Below are positions 30,488 to 39,475 of a DNA stretch of 56,309 nucleotides, in pieces (the first letter of the stretch is position 1; each line of letters starts with the position of its first letter). This DNA comes from an uncultured Pseudomonadota bacterium (lineage in GTDB: Bacteria > Pseudomonadota > Alphaproteobacteria > RF32 > CAG-239), in NCBI GenBank assembly GCA_902763905.1, contig CACWUA010000014.1, forward strand, positions 1 through 56,309. Direction: 5' to 3'. A program made the position numbers and the translations under genes. The notes under the pieces were generated by a model, which made no database searches, was not told the DNA's origin, and worked only from the letters and a program-made list of their open reading frames with translations.

Positions 30488-31310
30488 ATGAAATTCGAGC
30501 CGATATTATCACCACAGGAGCATCAAAAGTGGGTAGAAGAATTGATTATCCCAACTTTTACACGGGATTGTACCCCCTCCTCCAATCCGACTTTTGTTTT
30601 GATTACCGGACAATCGGGAGCCGGTAAAAGCTATTCATCTCGGCGGTATGCTCAGGATAATTTAGATGAATATCCGGTATTATTCGGTACCGATGATATT
30701 AGACAGCTACACCCGATGGCGGATGAGATTATCAAACATGATCGTGCCAATTATACTTTCAGGACCAAAAAAGATGCGGGAATGGCACGCACAAAATTGT
30801 TGGATCATTGTTTTGACAAAGGTTATAATATTGTAATAGAAAGCATTTTACTGGATCAGCGAAGTTTCGATTTTCTTTAGACAAGAAGAGCAGTTAGCTA
30901 TTACACATGAAATCGGTTTTCCGGCCACTCTCGGAGTGCATGACGATTCTTATTATTTACTTCCGGATATCTTAGCCAATATGAGCCGTCATAATACAGT
31001 AGATCGTATAAGCATTTATAATCGCAGATACTGCAATTTTTACGATAGCAGTGTTCAAGATAAAGATCCGTTGTTGATTCAGCGCAAATTGCGTGAAGCT
31101 CGTAACAGTGCGCTAAATCGTGAAGATATGACTAATGTGGCATTAAAGTGGATAGATGTTATATCTATGATGAAAGAGCGTAAAGCTCCGACTAAAGAAC
31201 TGAAAACCGTTGAAGAATTATTTACTAAATTTATGAGAAAATCAGGACTTTTGCTATCGTCTGATTTCAAGAAGTCTATTTTATTCAAATCCGGAATATT
31301 GGAAAAATGA
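30488..31310 (+). pseudogene. Zeta-toxin family P-loop kinase, split near 30849
   Basis: LITGQSGAGKS, GTDDIRQLHP, GYNIVIESIL; second frame from about 30849 reads YWISEVSIFFRQEEQ...HDDSY...DRISIYNR. The intervening Gy-strand segment appears to be missing. Confidence 0.78.
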
Positions 31311-31891
31311 AAAAATATTTTTATATATTTCGTCATGGACAGAGTACTTATAATTTGGCCGGCAGAACTCAAGGACAAACCAATGATTCGGTGCTGACTG
31401 ATTTGGGAAAACAACAAGCTTTAGAAATCGGCACAAAACTTAAAGATAAAAATATTGAGATTATTCTTTGCTCGCCATTGGCACGAGCTAAACAAACTGC
31501 CGAGTTGGCTAACATATCTTTACACTGCCCTATTGTCGAGGATGCTCATTTTATTGAAGTTAATGTCGGTGAAATCGAAGGTATGCACTATACAGAGATA
31601 ATGAATAAATTCGGTGAAAAATATCAGCAGTGGCGCAGTTGCGATACAAAATATGAAAATTTGCGTTTTATCGGCGGAGAAAGCAAAAAAGAAGTTAGAC
31701 AGCGCGTATTTGAAGGATTGCAGCAATATGCCGAAAACTCACCGTATTCTGTTGTGGCAGTTTCTTCTCACGGAATAATGCTGACACAACTGCTTATTGC
31801 ACTTGGTCAAAGCGGTACCGATGTTTCTAACGGAAGTATCTTATGCTTATCTTATTGCGGCGGAAAATGGCAAATTGAAGAATTTATGTAA
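31307..31891 (+). CDS. Histidine phosphatase (phosphoglycerate mutase family)
   Basis: FRHGQSTYN, SPLARAKQTA, GES, SSHG; ATGA overlap with the zeta gene. Confidence 0.93.
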   Translation: MKKYFYIFRHGQSTYNLAGRTQGQTNDSVLTDLGKQQALEIGTKLKDKNIEIILCSPLARAKQTAELANISLHCPIVEDAHFIEVNVGEIEGMHYTEIMNKFGEKYQQWRSCDTKYENLRFIGGESKKEVRQRVFEGLQQYAENSPYSVVAVSSHGIMLTQLLIALGQSGTDVSNGSILCLSYCGGKWQIEEFM

Positions 31892-31982
31892 GTTATTGCG
31901 AAATTATGCCTTAAAAATGTATGCTTGCTAATCTTTTATTTATCTTTTTTGATTACTATATCCGCAGATGAGAGGATGTGGT

Positions 31983-33728
31983 ATGATGCGTAAGTTATTG
32001 CTCGGTATTGCTTTATTGTTCGGTGCGTTGAATTGTTCAGCCGCGTATGCGGGTGATTCGCTGAAAAGTACAGAGAATACCTCAATTCAACTTTATCATA
32101 ATGGTAAAGACCAGGTGTTGGCAGAATTTACGATCCAGCCTGACTGGCATATTTCATGGAGCAATCCGGGGGATGTGGGGCAACCTACCGAGGTAACGGC
32201 AGTAAATGCAACAATCGAGGTTTTAGAACAGTCAATACCTGTAGCGCGCACTATTTATGACTTTATGCATGAATATTTGTACGAAAATAAAGCCTATTAT
32301 TCTCTTCGGGTGAATAATCTCAATGATGCCGAAATCACATTTAATTTTGTGGAATGTAATGATGTTTGCAAACCGGAAACATTGACGTTTAAATTAGCGG
32401 AAATAGCAGCTTCCGATAAGACACAATGGGAGATGTTACGGCAACGGGCAAAAGAAACTTTTCCGCAAAAAATTACCTTAATAAGTCCCACAGATGAAAA
32501 TTTATTACAATTCGATACAGATGTAACCAATCAGATGTATTTTGCTCCGACACAAAAAAACATAATTGATGAAATGAGTATCAATATTGAAGAAACTCAA
32601 AACGGAGTTAATGTGCGTTGGCAATCCGAGCAGCCGCAGCAACTAAAACAGGCTTTGTTATTGACCCCCGATAATGCTTATTTGATTAATATAGAATATG
32701 AAAATACATTAAGTTTGAAGCTTTTATATATGATTCTTTTAGCTTTTATCGGCGGTATAATTCTCAATGCCATGCCTTGCGTATTTCCGATTTTAAGCCT
32801 GAAAATATTTACATTGTTAAAAAAGCCACAAACTGGGATAATCCCTTATAAAAACGCACTTTTCTACACATTAGGGGTGTTACTGTCTTTCATTATTCTG
32901 GCGTTGATTATGTTATGGTTGAAAACCGGAGGCAATAACATCGGCTGGGGTTTCCAACTGCAAACGTCGTGGTTTGTGGGGATTATGGCTGCGGTATTTT
33001 TCCTGTTGTTCTTGTTTATGACGGATATTTTGCATTTTCCTGATTTTGCCGGCAACACCATTCATCGTCTGTCCGGTTTTAACGAATTTACCACCGGATT
33101 TTTTGCGGTATTGGTAGCCAGTCCGTGTGCAGGTCCGTTTATGGGGGCGGCCATCGGCTATGCCTTTATGCGCACCAACACCGAAGTTATAGCGATTTTT
33201 ACGGCATTGGCATTCGGTTATGCCCTACCCTATGCACTGATTGAGATGTTTCCGCAGGCTTTGCACCGCATTTTGCCAAAGCCGGGGGCTTGGATGCAAA
33301 AGCTGAAAATCATTCTCTCCATACCTATTTTGATTACGGCGATTTGGCTCGGTTCCATTTTTTATACGCAAATTATGACCGATACTTATGCCGCCGACAC
33401 CACCGAGCTTGATTGGCAACCGTTTGATGCCGAGAAAATTGCCGAACTTAACGAACAAGGACGTAATGTTTTTGTTGATTTTACCGCCGATTGGTGCCTT
33501 ACGTGTCAGTTTAACGAGAGATTTATTTTGAAAAGTCAAAGATTTAAGGAATTTGTGCAAGAAAACAATGTGGCTTTATTTGTGGCCGATTTAACCGAAC
33601 ATCAGGAAGATTTGGGAACGGCGCTTTCGTCTTACGGACGCGACGCCATTCCGCTTTACGTGTATTATCATCAAGGCAAATACGAGATTTTACCGCTGTT
33701 TTTCAGCGTAAAATCCTTACCGCAATAA
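31983..33728 (+). CDS. dsbD: DsbD-family thiol:disulfide interchange protein
   Basis: N-domain WHISWSNPGD...CNDVC, TM motifs MPCVFP and SPCAGP, C-terminal thioredoxin ADWCLTC. Confidence 0.9.
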   Translation: MMRKLLLGIALLFGALNCSAAYAGDSLKSTENTSIQLYHNGKDQVLAEFTIQPDWHISWSNPGDVGQPTEVTAVNATIEVLEQSIPVARTIYDFMHEYLYENKAYYSLRVNNLNDAEITFNFVECNDVCKPETLTFKLAEIAASDKTQWEMLRQRAKETFPQKITLISPTDENLLQFDTDVTNQMYFAPTQKNIIDEMSINIEETQNGVNVRWQSEQPQQLKQALLLTPDNAYLINIEYENTLSLKLLYMILLAFIGGIILNAMPCVFPILSLKIFTLLKKPQTGIIPYKNALFYTLGVLLSFIILALIMLWLKTGGNNIGWGFQLQTSWFVGIMAAVFFLLFLFMTDILHFPDFAGNTIHRLSGFNEFTTGFFAVLVASPCAGPFMGAAIGYAFMRTNTEVIAIFTALAFGYALPYALIEMFPQALHRILPKPGAWMQKLKIILSIPILITAIWLGSIFYTQIMTDTYAADTTELDWQPFDAEKIAELNEQGRNVFVDFTADWCLTCQFNERFILKSQRFKEFVQENNVALFVADLTEHQEDLGTALSSYGRDAIPLYVYYHQGKYEILPLFFSVKSLPQ

Positions 33729-33752
33729 CTCTAACCAAAGAAAGGAAAACTT

Positions 33753-34298
33753 ATGAAAAAACTTCTACTTGCTTGTATGGCGCTTTTCTTAACCTCTTTC
33801 AATACGTCAGCTCAAAATGTTAATCCGGAAGACGTGATTGTGCTTAAATTAAAAGACGGCGATGTTTATATTCAAACATATCCGGATGTTGCGCCTAACC
33901 ATGTTGCCCGCATTAAAGAGTTAGTGCGTCAGGGCTTTTACGACGGTTTAAAATTCCATCGGGTGATTGACGGCTTTATGGCGCAAACCGGCGACCCGCG
34001 CGGTAACGGCACCGGCGGCAGCGGGCAAAACCTCAAGGCTGAATTTAACAACAAGCACCACGGCCGCGGCACGGTTTCGATGGCTCGGGCGATGGATCCG
34101 GATTCTGCCGACAGCCAGTTCTTTATCTGCTTTAAGGATGCCGGTTTTCTGGACGGTCAATACACCGTTTGGGGACAGGTTATCAAGGGTATGGAATTTG
34201 TAGACAACATTAAACGCGGCAATCCGGCCGACAACGGTACGGTTATCAATCCGGACGTGATTGTTTCGATGAAAGTTCTGGCAGATATGCAGAAATAA
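33753..34298 (+). CDS. Periplasmic cyclophilin-type peptidyl-prolyl isomerase
   Basis: Signal peptide, FHRVIDGFMAQTGDP, SMAR, SQFFI, LDGQYTVWG. Confidence 0.96.
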   Translation: MKKLLLACMALFLTSFNTSAQNVNPEDVIVLKLKDGDVYIQTYPDVAPNHVARIKELVRQGFYDGLKFHRVIDGFMAQTGDPRGNGTGGSGQNLKAEFNNKHHGRGTVSMARAMDPDSADSQFFICFKDAGFLDGQYTVWGQVIKGMEFVDNIKRGNPADNGTVINPDVIVSMKVLADMQK

Positions 34299-34321
34299 TA
34301 TTATCCGTCATTGCACAAAAC

Positions 34322-34349
34322 AGCCCCGTACCAGAAGATGTACGGGGCT
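34322..34349. terminator. Hairpin between convergent genes
   Basis: AGCCCCGTAC-N8-GTACGGGGCT. Confidence 0.7.
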
Positions 34350-34354
34350 AATAT

Positions 34355-35260
34355 TTAATTTTCATCAATACAACTTTGCAAAATCTCAGAATCCGGCGCA
34401 TTATTCTTAAATTCTTGTAATTCTTTTTCTGATAATTTACTGACCTTATCTTCCATACATTTAAGAATTTGCTTTCTTATTTTATTTTTTCCGTAATCGT
34501 TCATTTTCTTTTTTGCATTTTCTTCCATAAGTATGATTTTCGCCTTGGCTGTTGTTGAAATAATTTCATCTACGCTATATTCGGAGAATATGCAATCCTC
34601 AACCTTTATAAGGACTTTTAAGTCATTTTCCTTATATGCTTCCAATTCTTCGTGGGATAAACTATTGATACATTTTTCAAAACTGTCATCCGGCAATCCG
34701 TTGTTTTTCAAAAAATAATTATATACGAGATATTTTTTATATTCTTCATCGGAATCATATTTCTTCAAACATTTAGTAGCTAATTCAGAGTAGAAATCAC
34801 CAATTTTCATCAGCTTACTGTCATTTTTATCTTTATTATGCGTTTTAATGTACCAGCGTTGATATTGCGGCATTTTATAAAATGCTTCTTTGACGCATTC
34901 TTCTGATTTAGAAAACGGATATTCAAGATTTGCCAAATAATCGTCATCACTTAAGTAAAGAAAACATTTATTGATTTTCTTATAATAGACATCAAGTTTA
35001 TCTTGCGAAAGCGAACTCATTAATCCACTACGCGCTACTTTATCGGCATTAGCAAGTTGTTTGAATATATCCTTATTATATTCGCTATTTAGATACGCTT
35101 TGCATTTGCATTAATCCGGTGAATTTGGCGCTTCTATTGAACAAGTTTCGATGTATTTGTTGATTAAAAATGTGTTGCTGTTCATATATGCATAAGCACC
35201 GATGCCGCCGATACATAAAATTGACGCTAAACTTGCAATAATCGCTGTAATTTTCTTCAT
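34355..35260 (-). pseudogene. Cys-rich exported or membrane-anchored protein with one in-frame stop at codon 50
   Basis: ATG 35260 (after GGAG) gives MKKITAIIASLASILCIGGIGAYAY...PD*CKCKAY..., continuing in frame into the 221-aa ORF; TAA at 35113-35111. Confidence 0.8.
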
Positions 35261-35261
35261 T

Positions 35262-35954
35262 TTAGTCTCCTTCGGGGTTGGTTAGATTATTGATTTGAGA
35301 TTTATTTACTAACCTCATCAATTCTTTCAGATATGTTCGCTTCGGATTATTCTCTCCTAAGTTTTCTACATAGACTTCGAGACATTCAGGACAATATTTA
35401 TAAAGAGCTTTGATGAATTCATCCTTTCTAGAATGCATTTTTTGCAATAAACCAAACATTGTGTGTATATAATCTAATTTACGTGCATATTTTTTCATAT
35501 AAAAAATTGCTAAATTGTAAGCTTCAGGACTACCTATATCTCCAAGAGCAGCTATTTTTAAGTCAACCGCATAACGATTATTTTCATTTTTCTTAAGTAA
35601 ATCATCACATATAGCAATGGCTTTTTGATATTCTTGAGACATTCTGAATTCTTTTGCTTTTTGCAATTCTGTTTTCACTGGCTCTATTAAAAATTCTTGA
35701 TTTGCATAAAACTCTTCCAAATCATAATATGCATCTTCCATTTCTTCATACTGTCTATCAATCATATCAATTATATTATAGTAAGCATCTTCATAATAAG
35801 AACAATCTCTATCGTCGGTATCTACTCCTTCATAATAACATTGATTATCACTATCATTATAGTAGTAATTATTATGTTTTACCCCGCCTATAGATTGTTG
35901 CATCTGCTCTATTTCTTCCTGTAGAAATTTTCTTATTTCTTCACTATTACTCAT
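35262..35954 (-). CDS. TPR-like protein with very acidic Tyr/Asp-rich N-terminus
   Basis: ATG 35954 after AAAGGGG; AKEFRMSQEYQKAIAICDDLLKKNENNRYA is a TPR-like pattern. Confidence 0.7.
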   Translation of the reverse strand: MSNSEEIRKFLQEEIEQMQQSIGGVKHNNYYYNDSDNQCYYEGVDTDDRDCSYYEDAYYNIIDMIDRQYEEMEDAYYDLEEFYANQEFLIEPVKTELQKAKEFRMSQEYQKAIAICDDLLKKNENNRYAVDLKIAALGDIGSPEAYNLAIFYMKKYARKLDYIHTMFGLLQKMHSRKDEFIKALYKYCPECLEVYVENLGENNPKRTYLKELMRLVNKSQINNLTNPEGD

Positions 35955-35977
35955 AATCGTATCCCCTTTCACACCAT

Positions 35978-36007
35978 AAAAAAATCCACCTTAAATAAAT
36001 AAGGTGG
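35978..36007 (-). terminator. Intrinsic terminator/attenuator in the leader of the TPR-like gene
   Basis: Minus strand CCACCTTA-TTTATT-TAAGGTGG-ATTTTTTT, about 25 nt before the start codon. Confidence 0.75.
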
Positions 36008-36101
36008 TCGGAGAGTTCGTAAATCATATTGCGTGAAATGATTCTTTTAGCCTTTAAAATCATATAAGATTTTTGGACATACGCTAAAAGCTCCCCGACC
36101 A
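36005..36101 (-). ncRNA. C4 antisense-like structured RNA
   Basis: Closing stem UGGUCGGGGAG/CUCUCCGACCA, arm CUUUUAGC/GCUAAAAG, arm AAUCAU/AUGAUU with loop containing CACGCAA, then unpaired UUACGAA; both are complementary to upstream sites. Confidence 0.72.
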
Positions 36102-36130
36102 TATTGCTATGAATCGGGGATATATTTATC

Positions 36131-36247
36131 GTCGGTTGTTACGAATAACCGACAATTTAACGATGTTACATCCGAACACCGCACGCAACAAAGGCTTACG
36201 ACAGCCCGCACCTTTTTTATTTAGGTACTAACCGAAAATTTCGGCTG
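36131..36247 (-). promoter_or_regulatory. Upstream target region (c4 a1b1-like) of the antisense RNA
   Basis: Hairpin GGCU-GUCGUA-AGCC exposing UCGUAA, followed by UUGCGUG; second hairpin GUCGGUU/AACCGAC with loop containing UUCGUAA. Confidence 0.62.
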
Positions 36248-36252
36248 AAATC

Positions 36253-36281
36253 AGCATAACAAACTAAATTTTTTTTTGCAA
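36253..36281 (-). promoter_or_regulatory. sigma70-type promoter for the C4-like leader
   Basis: Minus strand TTGCAA-N17-TATGCT. Confidence 0.65.
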
Positions 36282-36323
36282 CATTTTTTGAGGTATGTAT
36301 TTTATATCATCATTACAAAATTT

Positions 36324-36347
36324 AAGGCTCTCAGATGAGAGCCTTTT
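36324..36347 (-). terminator. Hairpin terminator after the transporter gene
   Basis: AAGGCTCTC-AGAT-GAGAGCCTT. Confidence 0.65.
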
Positions 36348-36371
36348 GCATATGAGCACAATATCCGCCTT

Positions 36372-37760
36372 TTAGTTGAACACAGCCATTATCAGCAGTA
36401 AGCCTAATCCGAGCGGAGCGATGTAGCGCAACGTTATCAGAAAATAACGGGTAAAACCGCTCGATACGTGTGCACTGCGGCGAATGTTATGAATTATCGG
36501 TTTCATCGCCTTATAGCCCACAAACAGCGCCATCGTCAGCGATACAATTGTTGCCGTATATGTCGAGGCCAGCCAATCGGCAAACGTGAACAAATCGCGT
36601 CCGAAAATCTTCCAATCTAACAGGCCGGAAAATGAGGCCGTTACTGCCGTAAAGCCCAAACCGGAAATCAACATTACCAACAAAGCCGCCGTAAAACGCG
36701 AAACTTTCAGCTTATCAATAAACAAATTGGTCGGCATTTCAAACAGCGAAACCGTCGAAGTTACGGTCGCCAACATCAGCAACAAATAAAAAGCCAATGC
36801 CCAGAAGTGTCCGCCGTTTAATTGTTGAAACACCAGAGGCAGGCTGATAAACGTCAGCCCCGGACCGGATTCTGCCGACATTCCGGCGGAAAAAATTGCC
36901 GGTATAATGATTATCGCACTCAAAAGCGCCGCCATCGTATCAAAAAATTCAATACTGCGCACCGACTTAAACAAATTCTCCCGCGGCGAAAAATAGGAGC
37001 CGTAAACCAACAGAATACCAAAGCCGAGCGATAGCGAAATAAAGGCCTGTCCCAAAGCGGCGGTAAAGGTTTTAAACAGCGGCGTCCAACGGAAACCGTC
37101 GGCCGTAAATCCCAAATGCGTCTTATCAATCGTCAGCAGAAAATCAATCCCTTTCTCTGCTCCGTTTAAGGTTAGCGCCCGCACACTCAACAGAATAAAT
37201 ATCAAGAACAAAACCGGCATCAGATAAAGTCCGGTTTTCTCAATGCCTTTGCGCACTCCGCCGATAACCACAACCGCCGTCGCCAACAAGAAAATCAAAC
37301 CGCTGCTGTATTGAATCGTAAAGTTCTGCGTCAACGATTGAAACTCGTTTTCAAGATTGTTTTGGCTTATCAACATCAACTTGCCGCTGACCGCCTCAAG
37401 AAAATAATACAGCACCCAGCTTGCCACCAAAAAATAAAATGAGAGGCACAAAAACACACCGAAAGCCGAAAACCAACCGCCGAAAAACGACCACAGTCCC
37501 AAGTGTTTCATTCCGGTTTGTTCGCCGATTAGCCTATAAGAATCAATACAGTTACTTTTGGCAGTGCGGCCGATGGAAATTTCCGCCACCATCAACGGAT
37601 TGCAGATCAGCAACAAAATCAACAGATATACCAAAATAAAGCTCAAACCGCCATATTGTCCGCACAAATACGGAAAACGCCAAATATTTCCCAACCCGAC
37701 GGCGGAACCGGCCGCAGTCAGGATAAAACCCCATTTACTGGAGAAATTTTCTCTTTTCAT
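36372..37760 (-). CDS. Sodium-dependent transporter (NSS/SNF family)
   Basis: RENFSSKWGFILTAAGSAVGLGNIWRFPY, GQAFISLSLG, GPGLTFISLP. Confidence 0.95.
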   Translation of the reverse strand: MKRENFSSKWGFILTAAGSAVGLGNIWRFPYLCGQYGGLSFILVYLLILLLICNPLMVAEISIGRTAKSNCIDSYRLIGEQTGMKHLGLWSFFGGWFSAFGVFLCLSFYFLVASWVLYYFLEAVSGKLMLISQNNLENEFQSLTQNFTIQYSSGLIFLLATAVVVIGGVRKGIEKTGLYLMPVLFLIFILLSVRALTLNGAEKGIDFLLTIDKTHLGFTADGFRWTPLFKTFTAALGQAFISLSLGFGILLVYGSYFSPRENLFKSVRSIEFFDTMAALLSAIIIIPAIFSAGMSAESGPGLTFISLPLVFQQLNGGHFWALAFYLLLMLATVTSTVSLFEMPTNLFIDKLKVSRFTAALLVMLISGLGFTAVTASFSGLLDWKIFGRDLFTFADWLASTYTATIVSLTMALFVGYKAMKPIIHNIRRSAHVSSGFTRYFLITLRYIAPLGLGLLLIMAVFN

Positions 37761-37872
37761 AAATTATCTCTCTTGAAATATATTCTATCTGAGCTTTTAT
37801 ATCTTAAAATCAAACTGTTGTAAACAAGATTATTGTCAATATTACCAAGATACAAAATACGACAAATATAGA

Positions 37873-37900
37873 TTGACATTTTATATAATTTTGCTAACGT
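37873..37900 (+). promoter_or_regulatory. sigma70-type promoter
   Basis: TTGACA-N16-TAACGT with extended TG. Confidence 0.5.
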
Positions 37901-37948
37901 AAACAAGTTAATTTTATTATTTTAAAACTTAAAAAAATTATTACTGCT

Positions 37949-38716
37949 ATGATTGTGTTATATGTAACCTGTGCTGGGGTCGACGAGAGGACTAATATTG
38001 GAAATCTTGTCAGGTTGATGGAAACTTTTCAATTCGGAGAAATCGGTATAGAGGTTTCCGAAAGACAATTTTCTGTTCATAATGAGCGCATTAAGTGGAT
38101 AAAAGAGCTTAATGACTATATTCTGAGGGATAATCGCTTTGTTAATGCGGCGCTTCATATTAGCGGCACTTGGGCTGAGAATATGTGCCATGGCATAGTT
38201 GTTCCCGAGTTGCAACCATTGCTCAAATTGCAAGATATATATAAGACACCGCTGTTTAAGAGGATTAAATTAGACTTTGTGCTTGAAAAAGGTGATAATC
38301 CTGACGATATCGGCAATGCCTTGTTAAAATTGCAATATCAATTGCATCGTCGTTTCATTATCCGCTGTAATGCCGATAATGAACAATTTATCGAGCAGTT
38401 GTTGAAAAATGGTGTTATGATTGATTGCTTGTATGATAAAATTATTCATGGTGTTAATCTATCCACGAACAACCAGATTTATGCAAATCTGCTAAAAGGT
38501 TATTCTTTGGAATTTACACCGTATAATGTTCATAATCTGATGGCTCAGATATCTTCAATGTATTCTAGATCATCTTTTAACAATCCAATCTATATTGAGG
38601 CTCAGAAAGGATCACTTGAGTACAGAGGGAAAATTTCATTGGATAGATGCAATAATTTTTTACTGGCTTTCAGAGAATGGTATACTCAGTATAAGTATCA
38701 AACCTTAGGATTTTAA
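37949..38716 (+). CDS. Hypothetical protein, probable degenerate TrpF-like (beta/alpha)8 barrel
   Basis: VTCAGVDERT, AALHISG.W, LYD, GYSLEFTPYNV and IYIEAQ resemble in order the PRAI-like motifs T.TG.D, LH..G, LD.SGG, GYAGGI.PENV and WIDMES. Confidence 0.5.
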   Translation: MIVLYVTCAGVDERTNIGNLVRLMETFQFGEIGIEVSERQFSVHNERIKWIKELNDYILRDNRFVNAALHISGTWAENMCHGIVVPELQPLLKLQDIYKTPLFKRIKLDFVLEKGDNPDDIGNALLKLQYQLHRRFIIRCNADNEQFIEQLLKNGVMIDCLYDKIIHGVNLSTNNQIYANLLKGYSLEFTPYNVHNLMAQISSMYSRSSFNNPIYIEAQKGSLEYRGKISLDRCNNFLLAFREWYTQYKYQTLGF

Positions 38717-38718
38717 GT

Positions 38719-38748
38719 TAAACCGTCGGCTAATTACCGACGGTTTAG
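38719..38748. terminator. Hairpin between convergent genes
   Basis: TAAACCGTCGG-N7-CCGACGGTTTA. Confidence 0.7.
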
Positions 38749-38770
38749 CTTATTTTAAAGTGTTTATATT

Positions 38771-39475
38771 TCAGCTTATCAAATCTTTGATGATTTCGCC
38801 GGCCATAATCAGCCCGACCACCGACGGCACAAACGATACACTCCCCGGTGTCTGCCTTTTGCCGCTGTTTTCATCACTAGGCAGAGGTGTCAGCGGCGGT
38901 TCTTCCGAATATACCACTTTGAGATGATTTATCCCGCGTTGCCGCAATTCCCTGCGCATAACTTTTGCCAACGGACAAACCGAAGTTTTAGCTATATCCG
39001 CCACCTTAAAAGCGGTTGCGTCGAGCTTATTGCCCGCACCCATAGCGCTGATAATCGGTGTGCCGGCGGCATTTGCCTGTTCCGCCAAAGCAATCTTTCC
39101 GGCAACCGTATCAATGGCATCGGCTACATAATCGTATTGCATAAAGTCGAATTCCGCCTGATTTTCCGGTAAGTAAAAACATTTATGACAAAACACTTTT
39201 ATATCGGGATTTATATCTTTGGCACGCTGTGCCGCCACCTCAACCTTTGCCTTTCCGATGGTGGAATGAAGCGCAATAATCTGGCGATTGATATTGCTCA
39301 AACTAACCGTGTCATTGTCTATCAAATCCAATGCCCCTACTCCGGCGCGCGCCAATGCCTCGACCACATAGCCGCCGACACCGCCAACTCCGAACACAGC
39401 CACCCGCGAGCGTCGCAATTTTTCAACTGCGTCAGCTCCAAGCAATAATTCCGTTCTGCTAAACTGATTTACCAT
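38771..39475 (-). CDS. tcdA: tRNA threonylcarbamoyladenosine dehydratase (ThiF family)
   Basis: FSRTELLLG, GVGGVGG, SNINRQ, MGAGNKLD, CPLAKVMR, VVYSEE; ATG at 39475. Confidence 0.92.
   Translation of the reverse strand: MVNQFSRTELLLGADAVEKLRRSRVAVFGVGGVGGYVVEALARAGVGALDLIDNDTVSLSNINRQIIALHSTIGKAKVEVAAQRAKDINPDIKVFCHKCFYLPENQAEFDFMQYDYVADAIDTVAGKIALAEQANAAGTPIISAMGAGNKLDATAFKVADIAKTSVCPLAKVMRRELRQRGINHLKVVYSEEPPLTPLPSDENSGKRQTPGSVSFVPSVVGLIMAGEIIKDLIS

Noticed and set aside
36005-36101. Cloverleaf-like fold ending in CCA considered as a tRNA
   Set aside because: The 11-bp closing stem, absence of a TTC T-loop and absence of a 7-nt anticodon loop fit a C4-like RNA better.
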